Part shown: in pieces, positions 20,401 through 29,570 of the stretch
Layout of the letters: each line of letters opens with the position of its first letter
How positions within the stretch are numbered: the stretch's first letter is position 1
Origin: a virus
Length of the DNA stretch: 58,443 bases
Virus record (IMG/VR): IMGVR_UViG_3300045988_162434
Location: 64,001 to 122,443 of that record
Strand: one strand, 5' to 3'
Notes under the pieces: model-generated
Seen by the model: only the letters and a program-made list of their open reading frames with translations
What the model was told of the DNA's origin: nothing
Database searches by the model: none
Position numbers and translations under genes: made by a program

Positions 20401-23400
20401 TAAAGAATGTAATTACTCTTGGAATGCAAACAGTAACATCTTTTTAGATAAAAATATGACTGTGCATGAAATATCTGTTTCTGAAGATAATGAGTGTCCT
20501 GTTGCAAAGCCAAATCCACTTTTTCAATCTGGAGACTTTTATAATTATATTAAAGTAAAAGTAGATATTGAGAATAAGGTTCTAAAAGATAAATTAAGCA
20601 AGTCTACTTCTGAAAAAGAAGAATTACAAAAAGCTTTGGATAAGAATAATTTAATTTATAATAATTTAGAATTATTTTTAAAAGCATGTAATCTTTATCA
20701 GATAGAATATTCACTTAAACAAAGTAAGGAAGAACTTCAAAAAAGAAGTGAGTGTATAGATGCATTACAAAATATTATCAGTGCAATAAATAATTTAGAT
20801 AGAGATGTTTCAGCTCAATCTAATATGAGCGAATTAACTCTTTCTAATGGAATTAAGATAGGTAGTTCTAAAAGTGCAGATACTTTTATTTATAATGAAT
20901 TAAATATTATAAATAATATTATTATATCTGTTTTAAATACTAAGACAAGTGTTTATGGTATTGGATATAATAATGGAAAAGATATTGAATCTATATCTTC
21001 TTTATTTGAAGATGTTTTCTCTAGAATTTCAACTTTATATGGTAATGGCATTAGAACTATTATTAGAAAAGATGTTAACATTTTACAAAGCTCTATTGAT
21101 GCTTTTAATACTTTTAATCAAAGTATTAAAAATAAAACAGTTACAACTAATTATAGTGATTTTACTGCTAAATTAAAAAGTATAGTTGAGAATGAAAATT
21201 TGGTTGAATTAGCAAAACAAGAAGAAGAATATCAAAAGTTATTAGATACATTAAGTGGATACTATGTGAATATTACAGAGTATGTAAGCGGAAATGATGT
21301 GGAAAAAAATTATGCTGATATTTGGAATAGCTTTGTTAATTTTAAGCAAAAACTTTATTCATATGGCAGAGAAATTGAGTCTGATGAAATATTAGAGCAA
21401 AGAAATCAATTAAATCAACAGTATGCTTTAAGCTTAAATGAAATTGAATCTAATAAAGAAAATACTATTATTTCTAGTGAACCTATTATATCATATCAAA
21501 ATAGAACATTGTCTGGAAAAAAATATTCAGAAGCTAAGAGTATTGTTCAAAAAAGATATGAGGAGTTGACGGCAGAAGAAAATGATAATTGTAGTAAAGA
21601 AATAGCCAAAATTAAAGCCAATAAAGATTTTACTGATGAAGAAAAAGGTAAAGAGATTGCAGTTATAAGACAACACTATGCTATATTAACAAGAGAAAAA
21701 ACTTTGGAAAAAGATGCTGTATTAAAAACTTTGGCTAATGATGTTGAGAAGACAAAAATAAAAAATATAGATATTATAACCAAGAAATATAATACAGATT
21801 TATTAAAAACTTATGAAAATAGCTATTTGGTTCCATTGGCGTATTTACAAGAAAAGTATAGTACAAAAACGTCAGAATTAAATACAGATATTAAAAATAA
21901 AGATAAAGAAATAGCTGACTTAAATAAAGGTATTGAATCTAGTCAAGAATCAGTTATTATTATTAGACCAATAAATATGAAATGTAATTCATATGAAATT
22001 CCTGGGTTAAATAACTGGGATGGTAAAAAATATTATTTATCTAATAATGGTGAATATATGTTTTGTCCTCAAATTGGTGCTGGTGTAAAAACAAATAATA
22101 ACACCTTTACAGGAATGTTTATGGGTGCTAGAACTTCAGTTAATAGAAGTATGGTTTCTGAAACTGAAAATGACCTTAATTTAAGAAATAAGGATATTGG
22201 TTTATTTGGATACTCACAAGGTGTTCAATCTATCTTTTTAGATGCTAAAACAGGTTCCGCGTTTATGGGAATGCCAGGACAAGGCCAGATTGTAATAAGT
22301 CCAGACCAAGCTTTTGCTTCAATATACTCTGGAAATTATTATAAATATGATTCAAACAGAAAAGGCTATTATAGTAAAAAAGATGGTAGCTTTATTAGTG
22401 AAATTGATTTTAATAATTTAAAGACTCAAGAAGAAAGAGATAACTATTCAAGCGGACAAGGTATGCTTATTAACCTAACTGATGGTGCTATAAAGAGTAG
22501 TTATTGGAATGTTAATTCTGAAGGTAAGAGTACATTTACATCTGGAGTTATTGGTGGATGGGAAATTGGTGCAAATACATTATCTAGTATAGTAAAGAAT
22601 AACACGCAGCTCGTGCTTGATAGTGGTAATTCAGTTGGCTTAACAGATGTTAATGGATCTGAAGACCGCAGTCCTAAAATTTATTCTAGTGACAATACTA
22701 AAAAACCACATGATACTTTAGATAGTATGCAACCCGGATTTTATCTTAGCTCAGATGGTTTAAGCATTGGTAATACATTTAAAGTAAGCACTCAACCTGC
22801 GACGGGATTAAGAACTCAAGGAACAGGTATTCTTGAAGTAGGAAATTTAAGTGGCGCACATTGGACGATCGGACAAAATCTTGAAGGTACAAGTTTTATT
22901 GGTTATGGGGCTTCTTATTTAATTAGTAAGTCTTTTGTTAATACAAACAATGATAATTCAGCTAATGATAGTGAAAGTGTATATTTAGGTACTGATGGTT
23001 TATCTTTTGGTAGAAACTTAGAATTAAAATCAAATGGATCATTAAAAGTAGGTCGTTTTACAAAAAATGGTCTTTTAAGTAATTTCTTGGTATTAGAGGT
23101 TGATGAAGGAGATAGCTCAAATGCTTCTTTAAGATTTAATACTAATAGTATACATGATTTTAAGAATAATAGTCTCTATGTAGGAACTCAAGGAATTAGA
23201 CTTGGAAAGCAGAGTTTAAAAAGTAATAATCGTGGAGTATTTGAAGTTGAAAATGATGGTACTCTATGGGCGACAGCGGGGCATATTGCTAATTGGACTC
23301 TTGATGAATATCAATTATTATCAACAAATACGGTCGTTGTAGATGGTACAACTAGACCGGGATTAGTATTAGACAGTAGAAAAGGCTATGTTGCTTTTAT

Positions 23401-24496
23401 TAAAGAAGGTTTTGATAAAACAACAAAAGGTTTCTATATAGGTAATGAAGGCTTATCTTTAGGTGATTCATTCTGGGTTGATAGAACGGGGCAACTTTCT
23501 GCAACAAAAGGAAACATTGCTAATTGGATTATTGATAAAGATTCTTTATATGTAAAGACTTCTGCAACAGATGGTTCATTAGTTAAATTATTTGACATTC
23601 ACCCTACAACGTCTGGCGGATACATTGCTTATAATACAACAGGCTGGAATACAGGTAGATTATTAGATAATGTTGAAGGATGTTTTTACTTAGGTACAAG
23701 CGGAATTTCGCTTGGAGAAGGTCCTGCCGCACCTTTTAGAGTTAATAATAAAGGTTATTTGTGGTCTACCTCTGGAACTATTGGTGGATGGACCATTAGC
23801 AATACAAGCCTTAAAGGTGGTAATGTTACTCTCAATAGTGATGGTTCTATTCAAGGTTCTGGATGGAATTTTAATACTGCTGGCGTTCTTACTTGTAATG
23901 ATGCGATTATTGGTGGTGTTCATTTTAAAACTGGTTCAGGAGAAGCAAATTGGTCAGGTGGACAGATGACATCTGGTCAGATAGGCGGATGGACTATTAC
24001 TACAAGTAGTATTTATGATACTGCAAGTGGTGGCGGAAATATTAAATTTGACACAAGTGGTGATTTTAATATTTTAACAGATGGTGAATCTGGTATTAAA
24101 GGTACCGGTGGAGATATTTCTATGAAAGGTACTACTAGAGTAACTGCTTCTAGTGGTAGTAATAAAATGGAAATAACTAATACAAGTGGTTCTTTAAGAG
24201 TTGGTAGTTTTGGTTTATCTATAAATGCATCAGAAACTTCTTTGAGTGGTTCTTCAAAATTAAGATTATCTGGTGGAACAGAATTGTATCTTTCTTCTCC
24301 TAAGGCTATATTTAATGCTTCTGGAGAAAATATTATGATTGGTTCGAGTACGTCCTTAAAAAACTATATAGAAAGTGTTGTCAATACTGTTCTAAAAAGT
24401 AAAACTATTGATTTTAAAACTAATACAGTCTATACGGGAGAAGCAGAAGGACATAAACATACATATACTAAAGTTGTTAGTGCTACAATATCATAA
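17432..24496 (+). CDS. giant tail-associated protein (about 2354 aa): N-terminal beta domain, central alpha-helical coiled-coil stalk of several hundred residues, C-terminal beta-helix-like repeats with a recurring GGW(T/E)I / IANW(T/I)(L/I) motif. Fiber, spike or evolved distal-tail protein.
   Basis: TTG start at 17432 with RBS AAAGGAGGAAAG 8 nt upstream, in frame with the track ORF. Repeats such as IGGWEIGANTLSS, AHWTIGQNLEG, IANWTLDEYQLLS, IGGWTISNTSLKG, IGGWTITTSSIYD. Confidence 0.75.
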   Translation: MATDYTKFQVDSTVKENFTKAASNTSLNKGADYISNSIYDAVASVSENAASAVQSDVSYEMEVMEIVDQGTATYRVKYLENDKLQAHASTPSYSVGDHVLVLVPRGDFDNPLVILNSVTPSVTVVGEDKTTAETLKRIEVSQNLFNNYNLIKFASYQDEIIDINDIVPYNLSDLLKGYFDSGYNILKLNMNVKTSIAKEQRISGSYGIKVEIPIRRKNADGILKDDIQEFYLDSKVFNGNPYELTNWSNQTNYLVLNFGDEIVFDKKRSIKVTAFVDGFPQDPAKTDKNVWADIILKDIQLTVCEDIETVEGGYKVVLTAENGPFFANQDVSSIEEKKINLKVFLNGLETSYAKMPIYWFIEDPTVNETSKYYHRSAGVNWRCLNSRTEVLGEAQNDSSFVFNTSAGSVTISNQDVKHKSKIRCYVGTNEGQLWVYGELTISNLYSLIKEVNLYADKENNTYVENVGIVTLTCEVNYPNLYSNVVRDEELNYVWEQIDQQGRIISQDDFYNIVALNDKNITDGIYTTKISFPVSSLTSDMNIFKVYVYANKKQASGSIIAYPIETKQISIRTKEGQDFLVVLDNANINYNYDADGDAPDSDNYDGLSLQKLEIKPVEFSIISAATGEEISKAEYDRVSWVWKVPINSLLKPNLVYFESVNQDNTSAITKDDNYYYIRGNGTNRSLQYKLASRYNAKSAQSLSSLTITFGNTVLYEDVPIRFSKDGENGTNGTKYTAFVTYKIGDTEYRYGDIYIDDNGNEHPVKMRFVAVEDNDGTIDWYIYDLVSNTLKKCYALSGNSYSHIKGDLYRLNIKVYKDGEEINTSASSQTGQASVSWNIFDSGEKQGLGWKENKYYCPFAISDSDSSSCYIIPTNNDKSKLSQWNNENNIPYVIVQANISLSNLKATADQSTDDLNNIYNNDLHIYYDYPIEITRIKKPQTDFASDGSFKSFVPSLEGGFYNVLYTSAGNNPQYDDTENFRCESNLIGVDSKECNYSWNANSNIFLDKNMTVHEISVSEDNECPVAKPNPLFQSGDFYNYIKVKVDIENKVLKDKLSKSTSEKEELQKALDKNNLIYNNLELFLKACNLYQIEYSLKQSKEELQKRSECIDALQNIISAINNLDRDVSAQSNMSELTLSNGIKIGSSKSADTFIYNELNIINNIIISVLNTKTSVYGIGYNNGKDIESISSLFEDVFSRISTLYGNGIRTIIRKDVNILQSSIDAFNTFNQSIKNKTVTTNYSDFTAKLKSIVENENLVELAKQEEEYQKLLDTLSGYYVNITEYVSGNDVEKNYADIWNSFVNFKQKLYSYGREIESDEILEQRNQLNQQYALSLNEIESNKENTIISSEPIISYQNRTLSGKKYSEAKSIVQKRYEELTAEENDNCSKEIAKIKANKDFTDEEKGKEIAVIRQHYAILTREKTLEKDAVLKTLANDVEKTKIKNIDIITKKYNTDLLKTYENSYLVPLAYLQEKYSTKTSELNTDIKNKDKEIADLNKGIESSQESVIIIRPINMKCNSYEIPGLNNWDGKKYYLSNNGEYMFCPQIGAGVKTNNNTFTGMFMGARTSVNRSMVSETENDLNLRNKDIGLFGYSQGVQSIFLDAKTGSAFMGMPGQGQIVISPDQAFASIYSGNYYKYDSNRKGYYSKKDGSFISEIDFNNLKTQEERDNYSSGQGMLINLTDGAIKSSYWNVNSEGKSTFTSGVIGGWEIGANTLSSIVKNNTQLVLDSGNSVGLTDVNGSEDRSPKIYSSDNTKKPHDTLDSMQPGFYLSSDGLSIGNTFKVSTQPATGLRTQGTGILEVGNLSGAHWTIGQNLEGTSFIGYGASYLISKSFVNTNNDNSANDSESVYLGTDGLSFGRNLELKSNGSLKVGRFTKNGLLSNFLVLEVDEGDSSNASLRFNTNSIHDFKNNSLYVGTQGIRLGKQSLKSNNRGVFEVENDGTLWATAGHIANWTLDEYQLLSTNTVVVDGTTRPGLVLDSRKGYVAFIKEGFDKTTKGFYIGNEGLSLGDSFWVDRTGQLSATKGNIANWIIDKDSLYVKTSATDGSLVKLFDIHPTTSGGYIAYNTTGWNTGRLLDNVEGCFYLGTSGISLGEGPAAPFRVNNKGYLWSTSGTIGGWTISNTSLKGGNVTLNSDGSIQGSGWNFNTAGVLTCNDAIIGGVHFKTGSGEANWSGGQMTSGQIGGWTITTSSIYDTASGGGNIKFDTSGDFNILTDGESGIKGTGGDISMKGTTRVTASSGSNKMEITNTSGSLRVGSFGLSINASETSLSGSSKLRLSGGTELYLSSPKAIFNASGENIMIGSSTSLKNYIESVVNTVLKSKTIDFKTNTVYTGEAEGHKHTYTKVVSATIS

Positions 24497-24498
24497 TA

Positions 24499-24527
24499 TT
24501 GACAAAATAAAAAATTTTTGTTATACT
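24499..24527 (+). promoter_or_regulatory. sigma-A promoter TTGACA-17-TATACT
   Basis: Exact -35, 17-nt spacer, 5/6 match at -10. About 28 nt upstream of a small ORF with RBS AAAGGAGA. Confidence 0.6.
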
Positions 24528-24555
24528 TAATTAAAGAGATAAAGGAGACTAACTA

Positions 24556-24732
24556 ATGGATGAACTTAGACAAACTATAGTAACTGCGGTTAACAATAGT
24601 AATCTTCCAATAGATGCAATATATTATGTAATGAAAGACATTTGGAGAGATGTCTATGAGATGCATGAGAATGCGTTGAAAAATGCTTCTACCAAAACAG
24701 AGCCTACAGCTGAGGCTACTGAGGAAGAATAA
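24556..24732 (+). CDS. small hypothetical protein (58 aa), below the ORF-track length cutoff
   Basis: RBS AAAGGAGA then ATG. Translation MDELRQTIVTAVNNSNLPIDAIYYVMKDIWRDVYEMHENALKNASTKTEPTAEATEEE. Sits between the promoter and a hairpin. Confidence 0.45.
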   Translation: MDELRQTIVTAVNNSNLPIDAIYYVMKDIWRDVYEMHENALKNASTKTEPTAEATEEE

Positions 24733-24740
24733 TGATTGAT

Positions 24741-24772
24741 GCGGTCATAGGTTAATAGTAGCCTGTGACCGC
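24741..24772 (+). terminator. 11-bp stem-loop (GCGGTCATAGG ... CCTGTGACCGC, one G-U pair). Weak or partial terminator, or an RNA regulatory hairpin.
   Basis: Inverted repeat seen in sequence. The downstream T-run is poor (ATTTGGTCGTT). Confidence 0.35.
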
Positions 24773-24854
24773 ATTTGGTCGTTATAAGATTATACTCTTT
24801 GGGTAGCTTTGATATATTTTGAGAAATGAATAAACCCAAGGAGGAATAGATAAA

Positions 24855-25343
24855 ATGCTTAACTTATTATCTAATTATTCAGCTACAACTATTGCCATTA
24901 TTATTTTTATGGTGTTAGTTGCTCTCAAAGAGTTAATTGAATTACTTAAATATTTTTATAACATATTAAAGAAATATTTTGGAAAAGAGGAAGAAGAAAA
25001 AAAGAATGATGATAAAATATTAGAACAGTTAAATGAATTAAAAAAAGACTTTGATGAGCATAAAAAAGAACATCAAGAAATAAAAAATGACATACAAGAG
25101 ATAAAAGAGGAATTAGTAGATAACAAAAACAGTATAAAAAGATTAGTGACATCAGACCGGAATGACATAAAAAGCTGGCTTGTAGAAAAACATCATTTTT
25201 TCACAAATCAAGGCTGGATAGATGACTTTTCAATGGATACTGTTAATAGAAGATTTAGTGATTATGTTGATGAAGGCGGCAACTCGTATGCAGAGAGTCT
25301 AGTGAGTGCGATTAGAGATCTCCCTAACCAACCGCCGCAATAG
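24855..25343 (+). CDS. membrane-anchored coiled-coil protein (162 aa): N-terminal TM helix, highly charged K/E coiled coil, C-terminal domain. Candidate BhlA/UviB-like holin-like or superinfection-exclusion protein.
   Basis: RBS AAGGAGGAATAG. TM segment TTIAIIIFMVLVALKELIELL followed by KEEEEKKNDDKILEQLNELKK... Located in the moron unit inside the tail module. Confidence 0.7.
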   Translation: MLNLLSNYSATTIAIIIFMVLVALKELIELLKYFYNILKKYFGKEEEEKKNDDKILEQLNELKKDFDEHKKEHQEIKNDIQEIKEELVDNKNSIKRLVTSDRNDIKSWLVEKHHFFTNQGWIDDFSMDTVNRRFSDYVDEGGNSYAESLVSAIRDLPNQPPQ

Positions 25344-25366
25344 AAGAGAAAAAGGAGGGTTATAAA

Positions 25367-27259
25367 TTGGCAAGCTATGATTTATACCCGCCCATTGTCA
25401 ATAGTTATGCACCTTCTTTTGTTACTTGGCAGACTATTGATACTGCAACAAATCAGCCTCTTGAAGGTAACAAACCAGCATGTAATATTTATTTTTCGCT
25501 ATCAAAATTTAATGTAATACAATTTGATTCATCAATAAAATTACATGCTGTTGTTACTTATCAGTCAGATGCAACAAGTGCAGTTAATAAAGAAGATTCT
25601 AATATTCATTATAGAAAAACAGGAATTATTCTTAATATGGGTTGGGAAAAAACATCACAAGATGGTGTTTATGTAACAAAAATTTTAAATGAAGATATAA
25701 AAGGGACTGATACTGCTTATCCAGGTTTTAGTGGGTTTATTCCAGGACGAATTTATTCAATTCAATTAAGATTTAGTAAGGTTGAGTATGATCCTACTAC
25801 TTATACCAAAGGACAACAAGCTTGGATTTCGGAAAATGCAAATAACTTTTCTGAATGGTCTACAATAGTGGTTACTAAAGCAATAGGTCAAGCAACAATT
25901 AAAATACCTAGTATTGGATATTATACAGGAGATTCTACTGATATTTATACAGTAAATTCTGAAACAATAGAAGTATTAGGTAAATATTATAATATAGATG
26001 AAAGTGAAACTCTTAGAAGTTACAGAGTTTCTTTATATAAAGGAAATGTCATTGATCAAAATATGAAAATTGAAGATAGTGACATTATTTATGCAAGTAA
26101 ATTTTATGATGTAAATCAGATAAAGTACAGATTTAAGACAGCTTTAGTTAATGAAGCAACTTATACTGTTGGATTGCAATACACAACTATAAACTACTAT
26201 GAGTCTGGAGAAATTGCTTTTAAAGTTAAAGCAGTTTTTGGTGTTGAAGAAAATCCTTTAACAATAGAAACGATTGACTACAGCAGAGATGCTAAATTTA
26301 AAACTTTAACTGATCGCGGGCTTGAGGAAGATGAGGGGCGAGTATGTTTGCATATTGGTAACCTTAATGCTGTAGCTGCGGGAACCTATGTCATCCGTCG
26401 CGCGGATAGTAGAATAAAATCTGGTATTCATTATGAAGATACAGATGAAAGTAATGAATTTACTATGTGGGATACTATTCAAACTATTACCTTGCCTTTT
26501 GTTGAAGAAGAGTATAAAACAGATTTTTATTTCTTTGATAATACTGCAGAAAGTGGTGTTTGGTATAAATATGGTATTCAGCAAATTGAAGATGATGGCT
26601 CTACAAAGAGTAGCTTAAACAAAACAGAAAAGCCTATTTTAAGAAATTATGAATATGCTTATTTATATGACGCAGATGGCAGACAACTAAAAATTCCTTA
26701 TGATTATACTGTTTCTAATTTTGGTGTTAATGTGCAGGAGTCTATTACCGATACCATTGGTGGTAAATATCCTTTTATCACTAGAACAGGCGGAACTAGA
26801 AATAAGACTTTCTCTATTGGTGGCATTATTAGTTTTAATATGGATGATAATAATACTTTTACATCAAGAGAAAAAATGTATGGTTCTACTGTAATTGCTG
26901 GGTTATATGATGACTATAATACTGAAAATAGAATAGACCATTATGATCATATTAGAGAAAGAGAATTTAGAGATTTAGTTATAGAATTCTTAATGGATGG
27001 AAAGAGAAAAGTATATAAATCTACTCAAGAGGGTAATATGATTGTTAGATTGACTAATGTATCATTATCACCTAATACCCAGCTTGGTAGATTAACTTAT
27101 AATTTCAGTGCAACAGTAACAGAAATCGCAGATTATACTGTTGAGAATTTGACTAAATATGGATTTTGTGATACTTTAGTATATTGTAATACTAAAACCG
27201 CGGCGATCGCACACTCACAATCTCACATATTAAGTGCAGATACTCCAGAGGAGGTATAG
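25367..27259 (+). CDS. tail/baseplate structural protein (630 aa), possibly distal tail protein (Dit)-like
   Basis: TTG start with RBS AAAAGGAGGG. Directly precedes the Tal-like gene. Assignment by position only. Confidence 0.65.
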   Translation: MASYDLYPPIVNSYAPSFVTWQTIDTATNQPLEGNKPACNIYFSLSKFNVIQFDSSIKLHAVVTYQSDATSAVNKEDSNIHYRKTGIILNMGWEKTSQDGVYVTKILNEDIKGTDTAYPGFSGFIPGRIYSIQLRFSKVEYDPTTYTKGQQAWISENANNFSEWSTIVVTKAIGQATIKIPSIGYYTGDSTDIYTVNSETIEVLGKYYNIDESETLRSYRVSLYKGNVIDQNMKIEDSDIIYASKFYDVNQIKYRFKTALVNEATYTVGLQYTTINYYESGEIAFKVKAVFGVEENPLTIETIDYSRDAKFKTLTDRGLEEDEGRVCLHIGNLNAVAAGTYVIRRADSRIKSGIHYEDTDESNEFTMWDTIQTITLPFVEEEYKTDFYFFDNTAESGVWYKYGIQQIEDDGSTKSSLNKTEKPILRNYEYAYLYDADGRQLKIPYDYTVSNFGVNVQESITDTIGGKYPFITRTGGTRNKTFSIGGIISFNMDDNNTFTSREKMYGSTVIAGLYDDYNTENRIDHYDHIREREFRDLVIEFLMDGKRKVYKSTQEGNMIVRLTNVSLSPNTQLGRLTYNFSATVTEIADYTVENLTKYGFCDTLVYCNTKTAAIAHSQSHILSADTPEEV

Positions 27260-27261
27260 TC

Positions 27262-29502
27262 ATGAATTATATGTTGGATAAAGATTTTTTAAAGCAATTA
27301 GACGAAGATAATTTAAAACAATGCTATGTTAAAATAGAAGTTTTAGATTCAGAAGAAAAACCTATTAGTGATATTGTTGGTAGAGTGTCTACTGGCAATA
27401 GCAATATAAATGGTTCTTCTTCATTAAGAAGAACTGCTAGTTTAACTTTTGTAGCTGATGAAGTAGATAATGATTTAACAGATGTAGATAATTTATTATC
27501 TATAAGTAAAAGAATTGCTTTATATGTCGGATTTGAAAATAATATAGATTTAAAGTATGATGATATTATTTGGTTTAAACAAGGAATATTTTTAATTCAA
27601 CAGCCAAGTATTTCTCATAATTTAGGTAGTGTGACTATTTCATTAAGCTTACAAGATAAAATGTGCTTACTTAATGGTACAATGGGCGGTGGATTACCTA
27701 CTAGCATCACGTTCCATGAGTATGATCAGCTGGATAGTGAGGGGAACGTAACCACACTGCCGCAGTTAATATTTGATATTATTCAGACTCTTGTTGTAAA
27801 CTATGGCGGAGAGGACATATCTAATGTTTATATTACAGATATTCCGAGAGAGCTAAAACAAATTGTGCATTGGCAAGGCTCTAAAACGCTATACTTTAAT
27901 ACAGAAGATAGCCATTTTACAACAGATTCAAATGAAGTTACTTCAAGCAAGACACCTGCGGTTTGGAAGACCTATGAAGCTGGAGATGAGATAGGTTATA
28001 CTTATACTTCATTTACGTATCCTGGTGAATTAGTTTCAAATATTGGAGATAATGTTTGTACTATTCTTGATACTATTGTTAGTACATTAGGTAATTATGA
28101 ATATTTTTATGATGTAGATGGGCATTTTATTTTTCAAGAAAAGAAAAATTATTTGAATACATCATATGATGAATTAACTGTTGATGAAAGTGGATTACTT
28201 TTTTATAATCCATATCAGTTAGCTAATTATGGACGAAAAAATGAAGATGGAAGTTTTACTTCAAGCGCAGATAACAATATTTATTTAATAAATAATAAAA
28301 ATTATCAAGTAGATTTTAGTAGTAATAGTAAAGTTGAATATGAATTTAACACAAATAATGGCTTAATTACTTCTATTAGCAACACTCCAAGTTATGAAAA
28401 TATAAAGAATGATTATCATATTTGGGGAAAGACTGATAATGATATTGCAATTCATTATCATGTTGCAATTAAAGAAAAACCAAGTGAATTAAATTATTAT
28501 GCAGTTAGATTTTTACGAGATGACCAAGATTCTACTAAATATTCTGGTAAAATACAAGTTCTTGATGGAGCAAAAAATTTAGAAGATGTTAAGATAGATA
28601 ATGAAATTTTAAGTTTTATTGCAAAAGAGGATACTCCTCAAGAAAATAGAAGAGAAGCTATTAAAAATGAAGAAGATGAATTTTATACAGTAGATACAAA
28701 ATCTTTAGATAAAGTTGAAAATAAATCAATTTGGTCTATAACTCAAAGTGATATTTATATTTATCAACCACAAGATTGGCGTGTTGAATTATGTTTTAGA
28801 GGAATGTATAAAAATATGCGTCAAATCAGACCAGATATTTATGAACAAGAGCTTATGGATTTGTTGAATTTAATATATGATTTTACAGCTTATAATGAAG
28901 AAACGCAATCATATGGTAAATATAAATTTGATATATTAAATAAACCAAATCATTTACCATATTTTATTGATTTCATTGAGCCTTCAACCGCAATGGGAAC
29001 TTATTCAGTTGACTCTATTGGACCTAGAATATTATCTCATCAAGAAGACAAAATCAATAAAATATATAATCTTGATATACCAGATATTGTTATTATCAAT
29101 AAAGATGATGATGAAATTGGCTATGATGAATATGGTAAAGAACTTAAAAATGAAGAAGGCGTATCTATAACATTTGCTGATTATTTAAGAGATAAGTGTG
29201 GAAAAGAAGGTCAAGCTATATCTCAAGTAGATAAAAATATTTATAGCAATATTGAAATGAATTCTTCTGGCTATACTGCTCTTGAGACTTTTAGAGATTT
29301 ATTATATCAAAATACAAGTTTTGCTGAAGCAATATCTATTTCTTCTATCCCTATTTATTATTTAGATGTTAATAGAAGAATAACTGTTAATGATAAGGTA
29401 AGTGGCATTAGTGGTGATTATATTGTTAATAGCATTTCTTTACCTTTAAATGGACAACAAACTATGAGTATTAGCGCAAGTAGAGCATATGAACGTATTT
29501 AG
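27262..29502 (+). CDS. tail-associated/baseplate hub protein (Tal-like, 'phage minor structural protein N-terminal region' type), 746 aa
   Basis: N-terminus (KIEVLDSEEKPISDIVGRVSTGNSNINGSSSLRRTASLTFVADE) resembles the conserved N-terminal domain of siphovirus Tal / prophage-tail proteins. RBS GGAGGT. Confidence 0.6.
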   Translation: MNYMLDKDFLKQLDEDNLKQCYVKIEVLDSEEKPISDIVGRVSTGNSNINGSSSLRRTASLTFVADEVDNDLTDVDNLLSISKRIALYVGFENNIDLKYDDIIWFKQGIFLIQQPSISHNLGSVTISLSLQDKMCLLNGTMGGGLPTSITFHEYDQLDSEGNVTTLPQLIFDIIQTLVVNYGGEDISNVYITDIPRELKQIVHWQGSKTLYFNTEDSHFTTDSNEVTSSKTPAVWKTYEAGDEIGYTYTSFTYPGELVSNIGDNVCTILDTIVSTLGNYEYFYDVDGHFIFQEKKNYLNTSYDELTVDESGLLFYNPYQLANYGRKNEDGSFTSSADNNIYLINNKNYQVDFSSNSKVEYEFNTNNGLITSISNTPSYENIKNDYHIWGKTDNDIAIHYHVAIKEKPSELNYYAVRFLRDDQDSTKYSGKIQVLDGAKNLEDVKIDNEILSFIAKEDTPQENRREAIKNEEDEFYTVDTKSLDKVENKSIWSITQSDIYIYQPQDWRVELCFRGMYKNMRQIRPDIYEQELMDLLNLIYDFTAYNEETQSYGKYKFDILNKPNHLPYFIDFIEPSTAMGTYSVDSIGPRILSHQEDKINKIYNLDIPDIVIINKDDDEIGYDEYGKELKNEEGVSITFADYLRDKCGKEGQAISQVDKNIYSNIEMNSSGYTALETFRDLLYQNTSFAEAISISSIPIYYLDVNRRITVNDKVSGISGDYIVNSISLPLNGQQTMSISASRAYERI

Positions 29503-29570
29503 GTCATATTACTTTAATTTGCTAATATGTTTTATTATTTATTATAAATAAGAGAAAAAGGAGTTTAATA

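Noticed and set aside
24733-24854. Possible tRNA or small RNA in the GC-richer spacer containing the GCGGTCATAGG / CCTGTGACCGC hairpin
   Set aside because: No T-arm (GGTTCGAATCC-like) or anticodon-arm geometry. Only a single stem-loop. Reported as a hairpin instead. No tRNA genes were recognised anywhere in the window.
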